15,145 nt of DNA from Paraspadella gotoi (lineage: Eukaryota > Animalia > Chaetognatha), in the NCBI GenBank assembly GCA_051294375.1, contig JBJCIZ010001137.1, positions 1 through 15,145 of the forward strand, in the 5' to 3' direction. This document shows, in pieces, positions 1 to 9,711 of this stretch. A program made the translations under genes and the position numbers. Numbering within the stretch: position 1 is the stretch's first letter; the number at the start of each line of letters is the position of its first letter. The notes under the pieces were generated by a model, which saw nothing but the letters and a program-made list of their open reading frames with translations, was not told the origin of the DNA and ran no database searches.

Positions 1-329
1 AGGAGAGATTTTCACTCATACACGCATTGTTTGTTTTTATTTACAGATGAATGATTCACTGCGTCATGAATTACATCATCGCATCAATGAATTTGTACTA
101 TCATCGTATCAATGATGACTATCATGCGCATGCAATATTTGATTATCATCAAAATCAGTCATTTTTGTTATCATCGGCTCAATATTGTTAATCATCGCGT
201 CAATATTTGGGTTATCATCGCATCAATATTTGGTTATCATCGCATCAATCTTTGGTATCATCCGCATCAAATTATTTGTTATCATCAAAGAAGGCTCGAT
301 CCCTATTGCTTTTAAGATTTTTTTTTCTC
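1..329 (-). repeat. Family B repeat fragment containing ~22-bp minisatellite (AATATTTGGTTATCATCGCATC / AATGAATGACTATCATCGCATC); inverted copy of ~10057-10350
   Basis: About ten degenerate TATCATCGCATCAAT units. The flanks (cacgcattgtttgtttttatttaca; aaggctcgatccctattgcttttaagattttt) are reverse complements of sequence near 10315-10345 and 10057-10092. Confidence 0.9.
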
Positions 330-365
330 ATAGATTTTTTATCTTAAAATATTTTTAAAATTAAT

Positions 366-400
366 TTTAGTCCGGTTCCTGCTTTATCAGAGATCCCGAC
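366..400 (+). repeat. 5' subterminal inverted repeat plus partial IR (hairpin) of family A element
   Basis: tttagtccggttcctgc-tttatca-gagatcccgac is a noisy version of tttagtcggatctgc-ttatca-gcagatcccgact, seen cleanly on the minus strand at 13488-13523. Confidence 0.75.
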
Positions 401-511
401 TCTATAATTCCCACTTTGTCGGTCCGTCGTCCGCCCCCTCAATTTGTCGGGCAACTAACTTATTATCATGTCAGAACCTCGAATTATGATAAATTATGCA
501 AAAAAATTGAT

Positions 512-570
512 GTCCGTCTATCGTCCGTCTGTCTGTCTGTCTGTCCGTTCCGTCCGTCCGTCCGTCCGTC
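512..570 (+). repeat. (CTGT)n/(CCGT)n compound microsatellite
   Basis: gtccgtctatcgtccgtctgtctgtctgtctgtccgttccgtccgtccgtccgtccgtc; counterpart on the minus strand at ~13320-13371. Confidence 0.95.
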
Positions 571-1164
571 CCCACCTTAGCAAAAAACACCATTACTCGT
601 GAATTGGATGGAATGGAATTGGAATGAAATTTGTGTGTGGGTAGGAAAGTGGTCGATTGAGCTGGATATAAAGTTCGATGGAATCGTCCGAGTGGAAATC
701 CCAGTTTTAAATGGAAAAACAAAAAAATATATTTCACTATTTGCAACACCAATTGCTCATGAGTGGACTCGAGGGGCGATTGGCTGGAATTTTATATGTG
801 GGTAGGAAAAGTGTGTGATTGACAGGAAATAAAGTTTTCGATGGAATCGTTTGAGTGGATAATGGAGTTTAAATGAAAAAAAACAAAACCTGTTTCACTA
901 ATTGATTATGCTTCTTTTTCCTTTTATTTAATGTATTTCGGATGGTATGAATAAATCAAATAATTACATCAGTTTTAATCAATTAGTCAATTAATCTAAT
1001 CAATATTGCATTAATCAGCTAGATAATAAGTTTTGACGGAATTGTGCCAAGTGGAAATGAGTTTTAAATGGAAAAAACATAAGTCACATGAATCTTTATG
1101 ATTTTTGATTATAATAATATGTTTTAATTATTAATTAATTAATTGTGGAAAAATGTTGCAATTA

Positions 1165-1326
1165 AAAAAATGATGCATAGTTGAAAAAATGATGCAAGTT
1201 GACAAAAATGATGGCAATGTTAAAAAAATCTTTAAAAGCGATAAGGATAAGTCGCAATTGCATAATTGCGAGAGAGAGAGAGAGAGAGAGAGATGAGAGA
1301 GAGAAAGCCGAGCGAGAGAGAGAGAG
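1165..1326 (+). repeat. Short ~18-bp minisatellite (GTTGAAAAAATGATGCAA) followed by (GA)n tract
   Basis: 3-4 units at ~1165-1225, then AAAATCTTTAAAAGCG and a GA run at ~1270-1326. Confidence 0.85.
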
Positions 1327-1944
1327 AAATAAAAAGGTAATTAAAACAATAGGCGTGGAAATGAGTTTAAAATGGAAAAAACAAAAAACCTGTTTCCACT
1401 AATTGTTATATGCTCTTTTTCCTTTTAACTATTAATATGTATATATGCAGGATGTATTAATAAATCAAATAATTAATGCATTGATTAATAAAATAGTCAA
1501 TTTTAATCAATAATGTAATCTAATCAGTCATCAATCGTCATACCGTCCGCAACCTTTAGCAAAAGAAGACTTCAATGAACTCGTGATTGGCTGGTTGAAT
1601 TCTTGGAAATTGAAATTTTGGTGTGTGGGTAGAAAAAATGTGTGAAAGAAGCGTTGTATATAAAGTTGTCGGTGAAACGTAGCAGTTGGAAATGAGTTTA
1701 AATGAAAAAATATGAGGTCACCCATTTATTGAATCTTTTATTTATTTACGCCATGATGAGGATTGAGAGTGAAATTTTGTGAGCCGTAGGAATGTGTGAG
1801 AGAAGCCAGAATAATAAAGTTTTTGACGGAATTGTGCAAGTGGAAATGAGTTTAAATGGAAAAAACAATAAGTCACCATTTACTTGAATCTTTTTATTAA
1901 TGATTATAATAATGTTTTAATTAATTTCATTAATTAATTAATTG

Positions 1945-2218
1945 TGAAAATGATGCGATTTAAAAAAATGAATCGCAAGTTGAAAAAATGATGGCAAGTT
2001 GAAAGAAAAATGATGCAAAGTTGAAAAAAATGATGCAAGTTGAAAAATGATGCAAGTTGAAAAATGATTCAAGTTGAAAAAATGATTCAAGTTGAAAAAA
2101 TTGATGCAAGTTGAAATAAATGTGCAGTTAAAAATCTTAAAAGCATCGTCCGCATTGCACAATAAAAAGGAGAGAGAGAGAGAGAGAGAAGAGAAGAGAG
2201 AGAGAGAGAGAAAGAGAC
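1945..2218 (+). repeat. Expanded ~18-19-bp minisatellite (GTTGAAAAAATGATGCAA) followed by (GA)n tract
   Basis: About 9-10 units at ~1945-2130, then AAAATCTTAAAAGC and a GA run at ~2170-2218; paralogous to 1165-1326. Confidence 0.9.
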
Positions 2219-2408
2219 ATAAAATAAATAGGGATATTTGTTTGTTTGATAAAATGTAAACAAAACATATTTTAAATAACTTGTCGCTCACGACCAATTT
2301 TAAGGTCCTCGGATGGATGATAAGTTGAATATAAATTAAAATTAATTATTACATATTAAATTAATTAAATTAATTAATCGATTAATTAATTAATTATGAT
2401 TATTGTAG

Positions 2409-2442
2409 GCAGATCCGACATTGTTTGCTGCAAACTTGTTTT
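2409..2442 (+). repeat. 3' subterminal IR and terminal stem-loop of family A element
   Basis: GCAGATCCGAC (identical to 13507-13517), then GTTTGC-T-GCAAAC palindrome, then TTGTTTT. Confidence 0.8.
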
Positions 2443-4549
2443 ATGATGATGTGCAAGTCGCTTGTTTTTTAATTTCGCTTTAGCGATTTACTTACCCCCC
2501 GAAAATTGTACCAATTTGGGCCACTCCTGTTTTTTGTGATTTTCACCCTTTTTTAAAATTTTCCCCTACTAAAGAGGCCTTTTTTTTAAATAAAAAAACA
2601 GGAGGGGGGCCCCCTTTTTTGTAAGACAAAAGAACTTCAAAAAATTTGATCTGCCAACCCACTAGATCTTCACTTGCACCTGCTTTTTCAACAAAATACC
2701 GTGTTTTTTAATTTTTTTTAGATCGGTAAATATTTTTAAAAATTTTTTTTTTATATTTTGCAAAATAATGAAAATATTGCAGAATTACCTTCATTTTTTA
2801 TAGTTCTTTTAATGATGGCATATATGCAAAGAGAGACACAAAAGAATTGAAGCAATATAAAAGAAAATGCAGGTTGATGTCCGCGAAATTAAATTAATAA
2901 ACCAACTACACATTCGAAGAAGATAAAAATTAAAATATAAAAAATATAAAAAATATATTTTAAATATGAAACAAAATTAAAACGCTAACACAAAACTCAA
3001 GTATGATATTTGGCACGGGCGTTTTTTGTTAATTAAGGACAAGTTTTTACAAAAATGTTTACAAACGGAGAAAAAAGGCACATGATTTATTGCGTCTGCA
3101 TTCCAAATAAACAATTTTAAAATTTGAAGGAAAGCACAATTTCAAAAAGTCCAAGACGCAACTGTCGTTTTGGCGTTTCCCTCTTGTGGAAACGGATGAG
3201 ATGATAATCTTTCCGAAATTTTACTTCAATAGAACTGTGGGGACTTGAATCCTTCATATACTCACCCCGCACAAACGGAACATTGACTATGCTATTCAAG
3301 CATATCTATTTAAGATTCTATTACTACTTTTTCTTCTTTATCTCCTTATCTTTAACAGGTTTTTAATCCTAAATGATGCAGTTTGAAAAAAAACTATTAG
3401 TGGCCACAGTAACAGTCAGCTTAATCCCTTGAAAGCGATTTACATGTATTGGCAGCCACTTGGTTTGGCGATTACTTGAACTAGCGTGGACCCGATTTTA
3501 ATGAAATTTTAAACTACCCGAAACTTGAGGGAATTTACTCTATCGATCGATACCAAATTTATCAAAAACGAGTCACGGGAAAATAAAAGATAGTGGTCTT
3601 GCTAAACAGATATGATATCGTTTCTTAACTCCAGATTTTCCAAGAACGGCAATGCTGCCAATGATTTTTTTGGCGATTTTCAGTGATTGGTGTTATAAGT
3701 GAAAAAAAGTCACAGGTACGGTTTGCTTAAATTAAGTAAAAAAAAGAACTACAACAAATAATCTAACCATGTTACCTATATTTTTAAACTTTGTTTTGTT
3801 TGTTTTAAACATAGTAGACATATGGTTTTTTTTTCAGACTAATCGCTAAGAGAAGAATAACGAAAATCAGTTTTTTGAACCTGCATTGGTCATATTAGTC
3901 GCGTTAGTGAAAGCCTTCAAAAGGTAAGTTTTATAAAAGAGATTTAAATACTATTAAGTAAGATTAGGTAAAATTTATGGTTTTAGTTTCAAGAAGAATA
4001 GTGAGATCGAGCACTCAAAGTCTAGTGTTTATAAATACAACTAAAGTTGTCATAGATAATATGATTTTATTTAATACTATCTTTAATTCATGAACTAGTG
4101 GATCCTTAGCCGCTTTCCATCGGTCTCCAAAAAAACGTTTCGGCGGGAGTAGCATAGTTTTTGTCAAGTTAAATTAAAAAAATTAGTGAATGTTTCTGCG
4201 ATAATATCTGTTTTTTAGTTGTTTTATTGTCATCAAATATAACCATATAATTAAAAATATAGATTGAATTTTTCATGGAGAATAGGCAGATATTTCAAAG
4301 TAATTAATTAATGCGAACGAAAAGTTGATTTTTATCAAGCGATGAATTGAGATTCAGGCTCAAGGATTAGACATTAATGGGGGGAAGAGTGATTAAGGCG
4401 AATTTATAAAGAGAAGAGTGTAATCTACTCCTGCTGACTTTCATTTGATACTTGATAGTAATAAGGAGATAAGTTATGATAATCAAAATAAATATGAATA
4501 TAATCATTATATTATATAAGCAGAAAAGGGATAATACGATGACCAAAGA

Positions 4550-4645
4550 TTAAGATGGCAACGCGATGGGAAGAAAAATCTTTTTCAGTTCGGTTGAGAG
4601 AATGACTTTTTTTTTCTTTTCAATTTGGATTTTTAACTTCTGCAT
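4550..4645 (-). CDS. Candidate terminal exon of unknown minus-strand gene
   Basis: Acceptor ttttttttag at 4647/4646 closes an 82-bp intron from the gtaagt donor at 4727. One frame reads MQKLKIQIEKKKKVILSTELKKIFLPIALPS*; the true phase is uncertain. Confidence 0.35.
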   Translation of the reverse strand: MQKLKIQIEKKKKVILSTELKKIFLPIALPS

Positions 4646-4727
4646 CTAAAAAAAAACGTCGAATCAGTTAAATACTAAAATAAAGTAGACAATAATTTTT
4701 AAGTGAACAAAATTTTGTATTACTTAC

Positions 4728-5149
4728 GGTAACTTTGTTTCATTTTAACATTTCTCTCAGTTAAAAATTTTCTGTTCCTGTAATCCTAAAATTATTTCAC
4801 TCGTGAAAAATAGCAAACATGATTTCAGAAGGAGTAGATGCTATTTCAGGTGATTTGCTTGCTGAATCTCCATAGCCATACTTATCTTGGCCTCCATCAC
4901 AGAGGGTTAGCAGGTGAATTCGCGATCGTTCTAAAACAACCGTTAAACCACCAACCACATTCCAAGGGTGATTATCTTCTCTCCAGCACATTCAACCCCG
5001 GGCCAATTATCAATTAATCCGATCTTTTGTAAGAAAACTTCATATTTCTTTCAAAAGCTCAAAACGTAGCAGGCAGGATAAGATGAAAGTTGTGACGATG
5101 ATGCAATTTCCCAAAAGTCCCACCTGGTAAGAGTCCTTCCGTTCTTAAC
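4728..5149 (-). CDS. Probable internal exon of unknown protein (frameshifted in this sequence)
   Basis: Acceptor ttattttctag (5151/5150) and donor gtaagt (4727); higher GC than flanks. Protein-like pieces lie in different frames: LRTEGLLPGGTFG, YEVFLQKIGLIDNWPGVECAGE, DNHPWNVVGG, CDGGQDKYGYGDSASKSPEIASTPSEIMFAIF. Includes ORF 4797..4991. Confidence 0.6.
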
Positions 5150-5411
5150 CTAGAAAATAATGAAATTGGTACAACGCAATATAAAATTATCCATTGCATT
5201 TAATAAATAGCTATCTTGCCCCTCGAACTTTGGACAGGCTTTGGAGGTTTAAGGTAATGTTAGATTGGTTTTTTTTTAAATGAATAAAAAGTATGTATGA
5301 AAATTTGCAAAATTTATTGTTTTTAAACTATTTTCTTTTTTATATTCTATAAAGGCTTAAACTATTTTAATCTATATTATTTAATTATATATTTTTTTCA
5401 AAAAAGGGTGG

Positions 5412-5842
5412 TCATCACTCCCACTCATCCCTCCAATAACTCATTACTCCACTGACTTACTTACCCACTCACACCACTCCACTCACTCACTCTCACTCAA
5501 CTCCACTACACTCAATTACTCACCATCTCTCCTCAATCGCTCCACTCACTCACTCCACTGAGACTAGATCTTCTTGACTCACGTCAACTTGCACTCCACT
5601 CACATAACATCTTTCCCTCACAACTCACTCACTCACTCCACTTACTAGATCCACCCACTGACTCACTCACTCCATATCATCACTCTACTCTCTCCCTTTA
5701 TTCCCCTCGCACTCACTCACGTCCACCACCCAATCCACTCACCCACTTACTCTAACTCCACTCACTCCACTCATTCACATCCACCAACCGCCACTCTCAC
5801 TCACTCCATTCACCAAAAGTTTGGCCAGACTCCACTCCCCAC
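5412..5842. repeat. Degenerate (CACT)n/(CCACT)n simple satellite, probably intronic
   Basis: ~430 bp of cactcactccact variants, almost devoid of G on the + strand. Confidence 0.92.
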
Positions 5843-5851
5843 TGTCCTTTT

Positions 5852-6035
5852 TTCACATCGTTTCAGTTCCGAATTCCCGTTGCCACCATTTCCTGCTTCC
5901 CACCATAAACTAGCAAATGAGAATACCAGTTTGCCCTTCTTCTCAGTTGATTGCAGTTTCTTTCCAATCCGAGCAAAAGTTTTTGCCTGTGAATGGGTGC
6001 GTGAACGAGTTGATTAATAATTGTACAGTGTTAAA
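5852..6035 (-). CDS. Candidate internal exon of unknown minus-strand gene
   Basis: Acceptor ttttattacag (6037/6036) closes a 75-bp intron from the gtgaga donor at 6110. GC-richer and several frames are partly open. The donor is not clearly visible because the satellite abuts it. Confidence 0.4.
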
Positions 6036-6110
6036 CTGTAATAAAATTTATTTATGAATTTTATCATATTTTTTTTTCATGCTTGTATTTTCAATTCATA
6101 GAAATCTCAC

Positions 6111-6296
6111 CACTAGCAATCCATTTTGTAATGTTCCAAGTGGTTTCTTTTGCTAAAAACTATATCGCCTTCTGATTTATTGTGGCCACACAAAAGGGAT
6201 AAATGTGTGTTGAACAGCCGATACTGGTGAATTAAATAACGTAAGAAATTAATGGTATTTTTTTTATTGAATGTAACTTGCTGTCTTTTCTTTTTG
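6111..6296 (-). CDS. Probable internal exon of unknown minus-strand gene
   Basis: Acceptor attatttag (6298/6297), donor gtgaga (6110). Phase fits the upstream exon. Reads SKRKDSKLHSIKKIPLISYVI/NSPVSAVQHTFIPFVWP/NKSEGDIV/LAKETTWNITKWIAS if about three indels are allowed. Confidence 0.45.
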
Positions 6297-6483
6297 CTAA
6301 ATAATGTTTAATAAGATTAATTATCTAGTAAGTGCTTTTAAAGTATTCAATCTTCATTTTATATGATAATTTCAGTCCTTTATCATGAAGTCCCCTTTAT
6401 CACAACATCTTTAACGTCATGCATCAGGGCCCCCCCTCTATCACAACCTCATCACACAAAAACTCTACAACACAAAAACTTAC

Positions 6484-6569
6484 AGTAAATGTCAATTATT
6501 TTTGGATCCGAAGTAAAGAAGAAAGTCGAGGGGCCGCCTTGTGTTTTTGGTTCGCCAAACTCTTCGTCT
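6484..6569 (-). CDS. Internal exon (86 bp) of unknown minus-strand gene
   Basis: Strong acceptor tttttttcag (6571/6570), donor gtaagt (6483), uninterrupted frame DEEFGEPKTQGGPSTFFFTSDPKIIDIY. Confidence 0.7.
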
Positions 6570-6664
6570 CTGAAAAAAATTGGAATTAGTTTAATAAATA
6601 TTATTATTTAAATAGGATGCAGACGTTTTAATTAATCGTATTCTACAACGGCTTAGGCGTTTAC

Positions 6665-6736
6665 CTATAACCGCGTGTTTGTTATAAACGTTCTTTCCTA
6701 AATTTCCAGAAGGATAATTAAAATATATTTTATCTA
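6665..6736 (-). CDS. Candidate internal exon (72 bp) of unknown minus-strand gene
   Basis: Acceptor ttcttag (6738/6737), donor ag|gtaaac (6664), open frame DKIYFNYPSGNLGKNVYNKHAVI. Phase to the next exon is off by one base. Confidence 0.4.
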
Positions 6737-7242
6737 CTAAGAATTTTCTCTCCCAAAACAATCAATTTATATTTTATAAATGAGAGTCAATTAATCAATA
6801 CTAAAATAACCTTGTTGTAATTTTTTAATTTTAGATGAAAAACAAATTTTATAAATATGAAAAAAATAATATATAAAATATATATATAAAAAATATAATA
6901 TGATACAATGAAAACATGGCGTAAACGTTACTCGTTCGTGCATAAAAAATTCACTGTTCAATATTTTATATTTCCTTTTTATTTTTGAAACGTTTATAAG
7001 TTCATATGTCGATATTCCAAAATATCAATGCAAAATCTTTTTTTGGTTTTTTAGATATGACGAATATAGGGTGAAGATGCATAAATTTTTTTAAAAGTTA
7101 CTTATTCATATTTATTCCTAAGAATTGTAAAAAAAACAAATTAAAAATAATAGTAACCAATAGTTAGTGTTTATGTCTTAAATAAATGGAAAAAAAACCT
7201 CATTTAAAAATTCGATCGGAAAGTGGGTTAACTAAGGCTTAC

Positions 7243-7303
7243 CAATGGCATCTTCCACGCTGTATTGTTCTCTCAAATAATTTTTTTTAAATTTAATACA
7301 TTT
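7243..7303 (-). CDS. Candidate internal exon of unknown minus-strand gene
   Basis: Donor g|gtaagc (7242) and open frame KCIKFKKNYLREQYSVEDAI. Preceded by a pyrimidine tract, but the AG acceptor is not intact (tttccaa). Confidence 0.35.
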
Positions 7304-7368
7304 TGGAAAGGGAAAAAGAAAATTCAGAAATCGCAGTGTATAAAGGGAAAAGAATAATCTGGACTTAC

Positions 7369-7421
7369 TGACATATAACCATAACCTTTATATCTTTGTG
7401 AAATGGGGGCAAGTAAGATAT
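7369..7421 (-). CDS. Probable internal exon (53 bp) of unknown minus-strand gene
   Basis: Acceptor tttttttag (7423/7422), donor gtaagt (7368), open frame ILLAPISQRYKGYGYMS. Confidence 0.55.
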
Positions 7422-8370
7422 CTAAAAAAATATTCGATCATTAAGTTCAGTCAATGAACCCTTTCTAATGGGCTATTAATGAAGAAATATTTTTTCTTAA
7501 TTGAAATGGATGATAAATAATGAATTAAATTCCTTGCTATATTTAAAAAAAATTATCATACAATTTAACACAAGATGTCTTGCTTTGTCAATATATTGGC
7601 AGCTATATAATTTTTAAAAACTTTATTATGAATAAACCAAGCAGTGAGTCAGCTTTTAGTTTGCAGTTAAAGATAATAAAAAAATGGAGCCGATTTTTTT
7701 TTCACAGGACAAGAAGGTAGATGTCCAGACTGTTTTATATCAAGATCTGAAAACATTTTGTATTTATCATTTTTGATTATTTAAAAAAGACATTTAATCA
7801 AGCTACAATATAAATTTTTTGCTTGTTTTTTACTTTAACTAAAATATAGCAGTTTTTATGGAATAAAAAAAATTTAATAATAATCAAAATGTAGTTTTTC
7901 AGTCTTTCCTTTTTCAAATTACAAAGAAAAATAAAAAAAATTTCAATTATGCCTTCATTAAAATTTTTAAAGCAAAAAATGTTATACTTTTAACTCTGAT
8001 TTAAAACAAAAGCGTGTAAAGATTTATGGATTTAATTTAATTAAAACTTTTTAAGAAAGGTGTCCTGATTAAGGCTTTAATTTGATACCACACCCATCTG
8101 TTAGCTCTTTTCTTTCAAAGTTTATAATAAAATAACTTTTTTCAAACTATGCAGTACAAATCTTTGTTAAATAAAAAATTTCAAGCAAAGCGGGAGTATC
8201 TCAACTTTTATTTCATTGATACAATAATTAAATTTTAAAATAAAAACTTGAAGAAAATTTTTTTGTCATTAGAGAAACATATCACTTTTTGATGTAACCA
8301 TCGTATAATAATTGATTTATTTATTTCCCACAAAAAAGCCTAATTAAGAAAGTTGCAATTTTTTTCAAAT

Positions 8371-8574
8371 TGTTGGAAAAAAATTTGTCCGAACCTATGC
8401 TCATTGAGATAATGGTTTTGCATAAAAAATCAAAATATCAAAAAAATAAAAAAATCAGCCTCTAGAAAGAAAAAATCGAAAGGCTAAGGCTGATTTTTTT
8501 AGGAATTGGCAAAATTTTTTTCCTAACTTCGAAATCCATTATTCTCAAGTTTCAAAATATTTTTTTTTCCAACA
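8371..8574. repeat. Imperfect ~200-bp foldback (possible MITE remnant)
   Basis: Three nested inverted anchors: aaaaaaatcagcct 8448-8461 / aggctgattttttt 8487-8500; ttgagataatgg / ccattattctcaa; tgttggaaaaaaa / tttttttccaaca. Confidence 0.5.
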
Positions 8575-9711
8575 TCTCAATCATTTTTTTTTATTAATTT
8601 AAATGTTTTATGATGTTGTTTTTGTTTGAAAGAATTGAAAAAGTGAAAAATATAGTAATTTATATAAGGTTTTTGGAAATACGCCCCGTCAAATATTAGA
8701 TAATTAAACACAAAGGGGAGTAAGCAGTAAAAACTTCCCATTCATAAAAAAATTGAAAATGAATTTGTCATATTATTTAGATTAATTGCTAATTAACAAA
8801 ACATGATTCATATAAATTTGAAGAATGAATGGGTAAAAAATTTTCTCTTGGTTTCGGTTAACTATTAAGTTATCGTTAAAATTTTTGTTTTAAAATAATA
8901 TTTAATCTTTTTGGCATTTATAAAAGCAATGGTCTAAATTTTGTAAGCACGTTTCGAGCTATATTGCCTATAATCTTTTTTATACTATATTTTGATCTAG
9001 TTTAGCTTTTTTGTTGATGGGCCAAGGTTATGGTCAGACACAGTAAATGTCCAGTAGTGTATATCGCACATATTACCAAAATAATAATCATTAATTAGCT
9101 CAGAAGCAATTTTAAAGTGACAAAATCAGCACGAGACAGTACGCCACGTTATTTTTCATTGTGCATAATATAGATATACTAACTGTTTTAACCATGGAGT
9201 CGAAAATTTTTTCACAAATCCTGTTCATTCCTAGTATAATTTTAAGCGCTTAAAACGATTAACAGGTGTCGTCAATCAAGATTTTGCGCTAGACCTAAGC
9301 ACAATTGACCGAAATGGAATTTTTCTCTTTTTCTTTAATTACAAGATAACTATGGTCTTAAAAAAAAAAATTGCTTAAATTTTTTAAGTTCTCTCATTAT
9401 TTAATAAGTTTTAAACTTTGAAAATATTTTTAAAAAGGTTCGCTACCATAGTGGCGTGTCCAAAACCGGAAATAATGCTCAAACTGATAAAATATGCAAT
9501 ATTATAGTTTTTTTTAATCTACTATAAATATAATGGTTTTTTATTATCAATATTACAGTTGTATCACAAAGAATTTTCATACTATATATAAAAACTAATC
9601 AAATAGCTCTAAATAAACAAAATAAATGATTACAAAAGATTTGTTTTTTAGATAACTGTTAAATTCAGAATAATATTTTTCCTTTTTATTCGTTGTTGAA
9701 AGATGTTCTTG

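Larger units (their letters stand above)
365..2442 (+). mobile_element. Non-autonomous Helentron-associated element (HINE / DINE-1-like), family A, apparently full length
   Basis: Begins in a T tract with a subterminal IR plus adjacent partial IR (366-400). (CCGT/CTGT)n microsatellite at 512-570, then internal tandem modules. Ends with the complementary subTIR GCAGATCCGAC (2409-2419), stem-loop GTTTG-CTG-CAAAC (2423-2435) and TTGTTTT. A second copy of the 5' part lies at 13155-13523. No credible ORF. Confidence 0.8.

Noticed and set aside
60-290. 22-bp periodic repeats (also 9712-9810, 10095-10305) as a CRISPR array
   Set aside because: Units are head-to-tail with no unique spacers, there are no cas genes, and the context is eukaryotic; this is a minisatellite.
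112-2297. ORFs 112..315, 471..752, 599..805, 1199..1402, 1531..1725, 1938..2297
   Set aside because: All lie within mini/microsatellites or element modules, give low-complexity peptides, and frames are not conserved between paralogous copies.
3117-3299. 60-aa minus-strand ORF
   Set aside because: No recognisable motif and no convincing acceptor/donor pair; cannot be supported without a search.
3838-3923. Plus-strand exon candidate (ttttcag ... aag|gtaagt)
   Set aside because: Good splice signals but stops in all three frames and no consistent neighbouring exons; left uncalled, though read errors could hide a real exon.
5960-6010. Peptide HPFTGKNFC resembling the NPxTGxxxC motif of MPEG1/perforin-2
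   Set aside because: Too short, reading frame ambiguous, and no MACPF signature elsewhere in the predicted exons.
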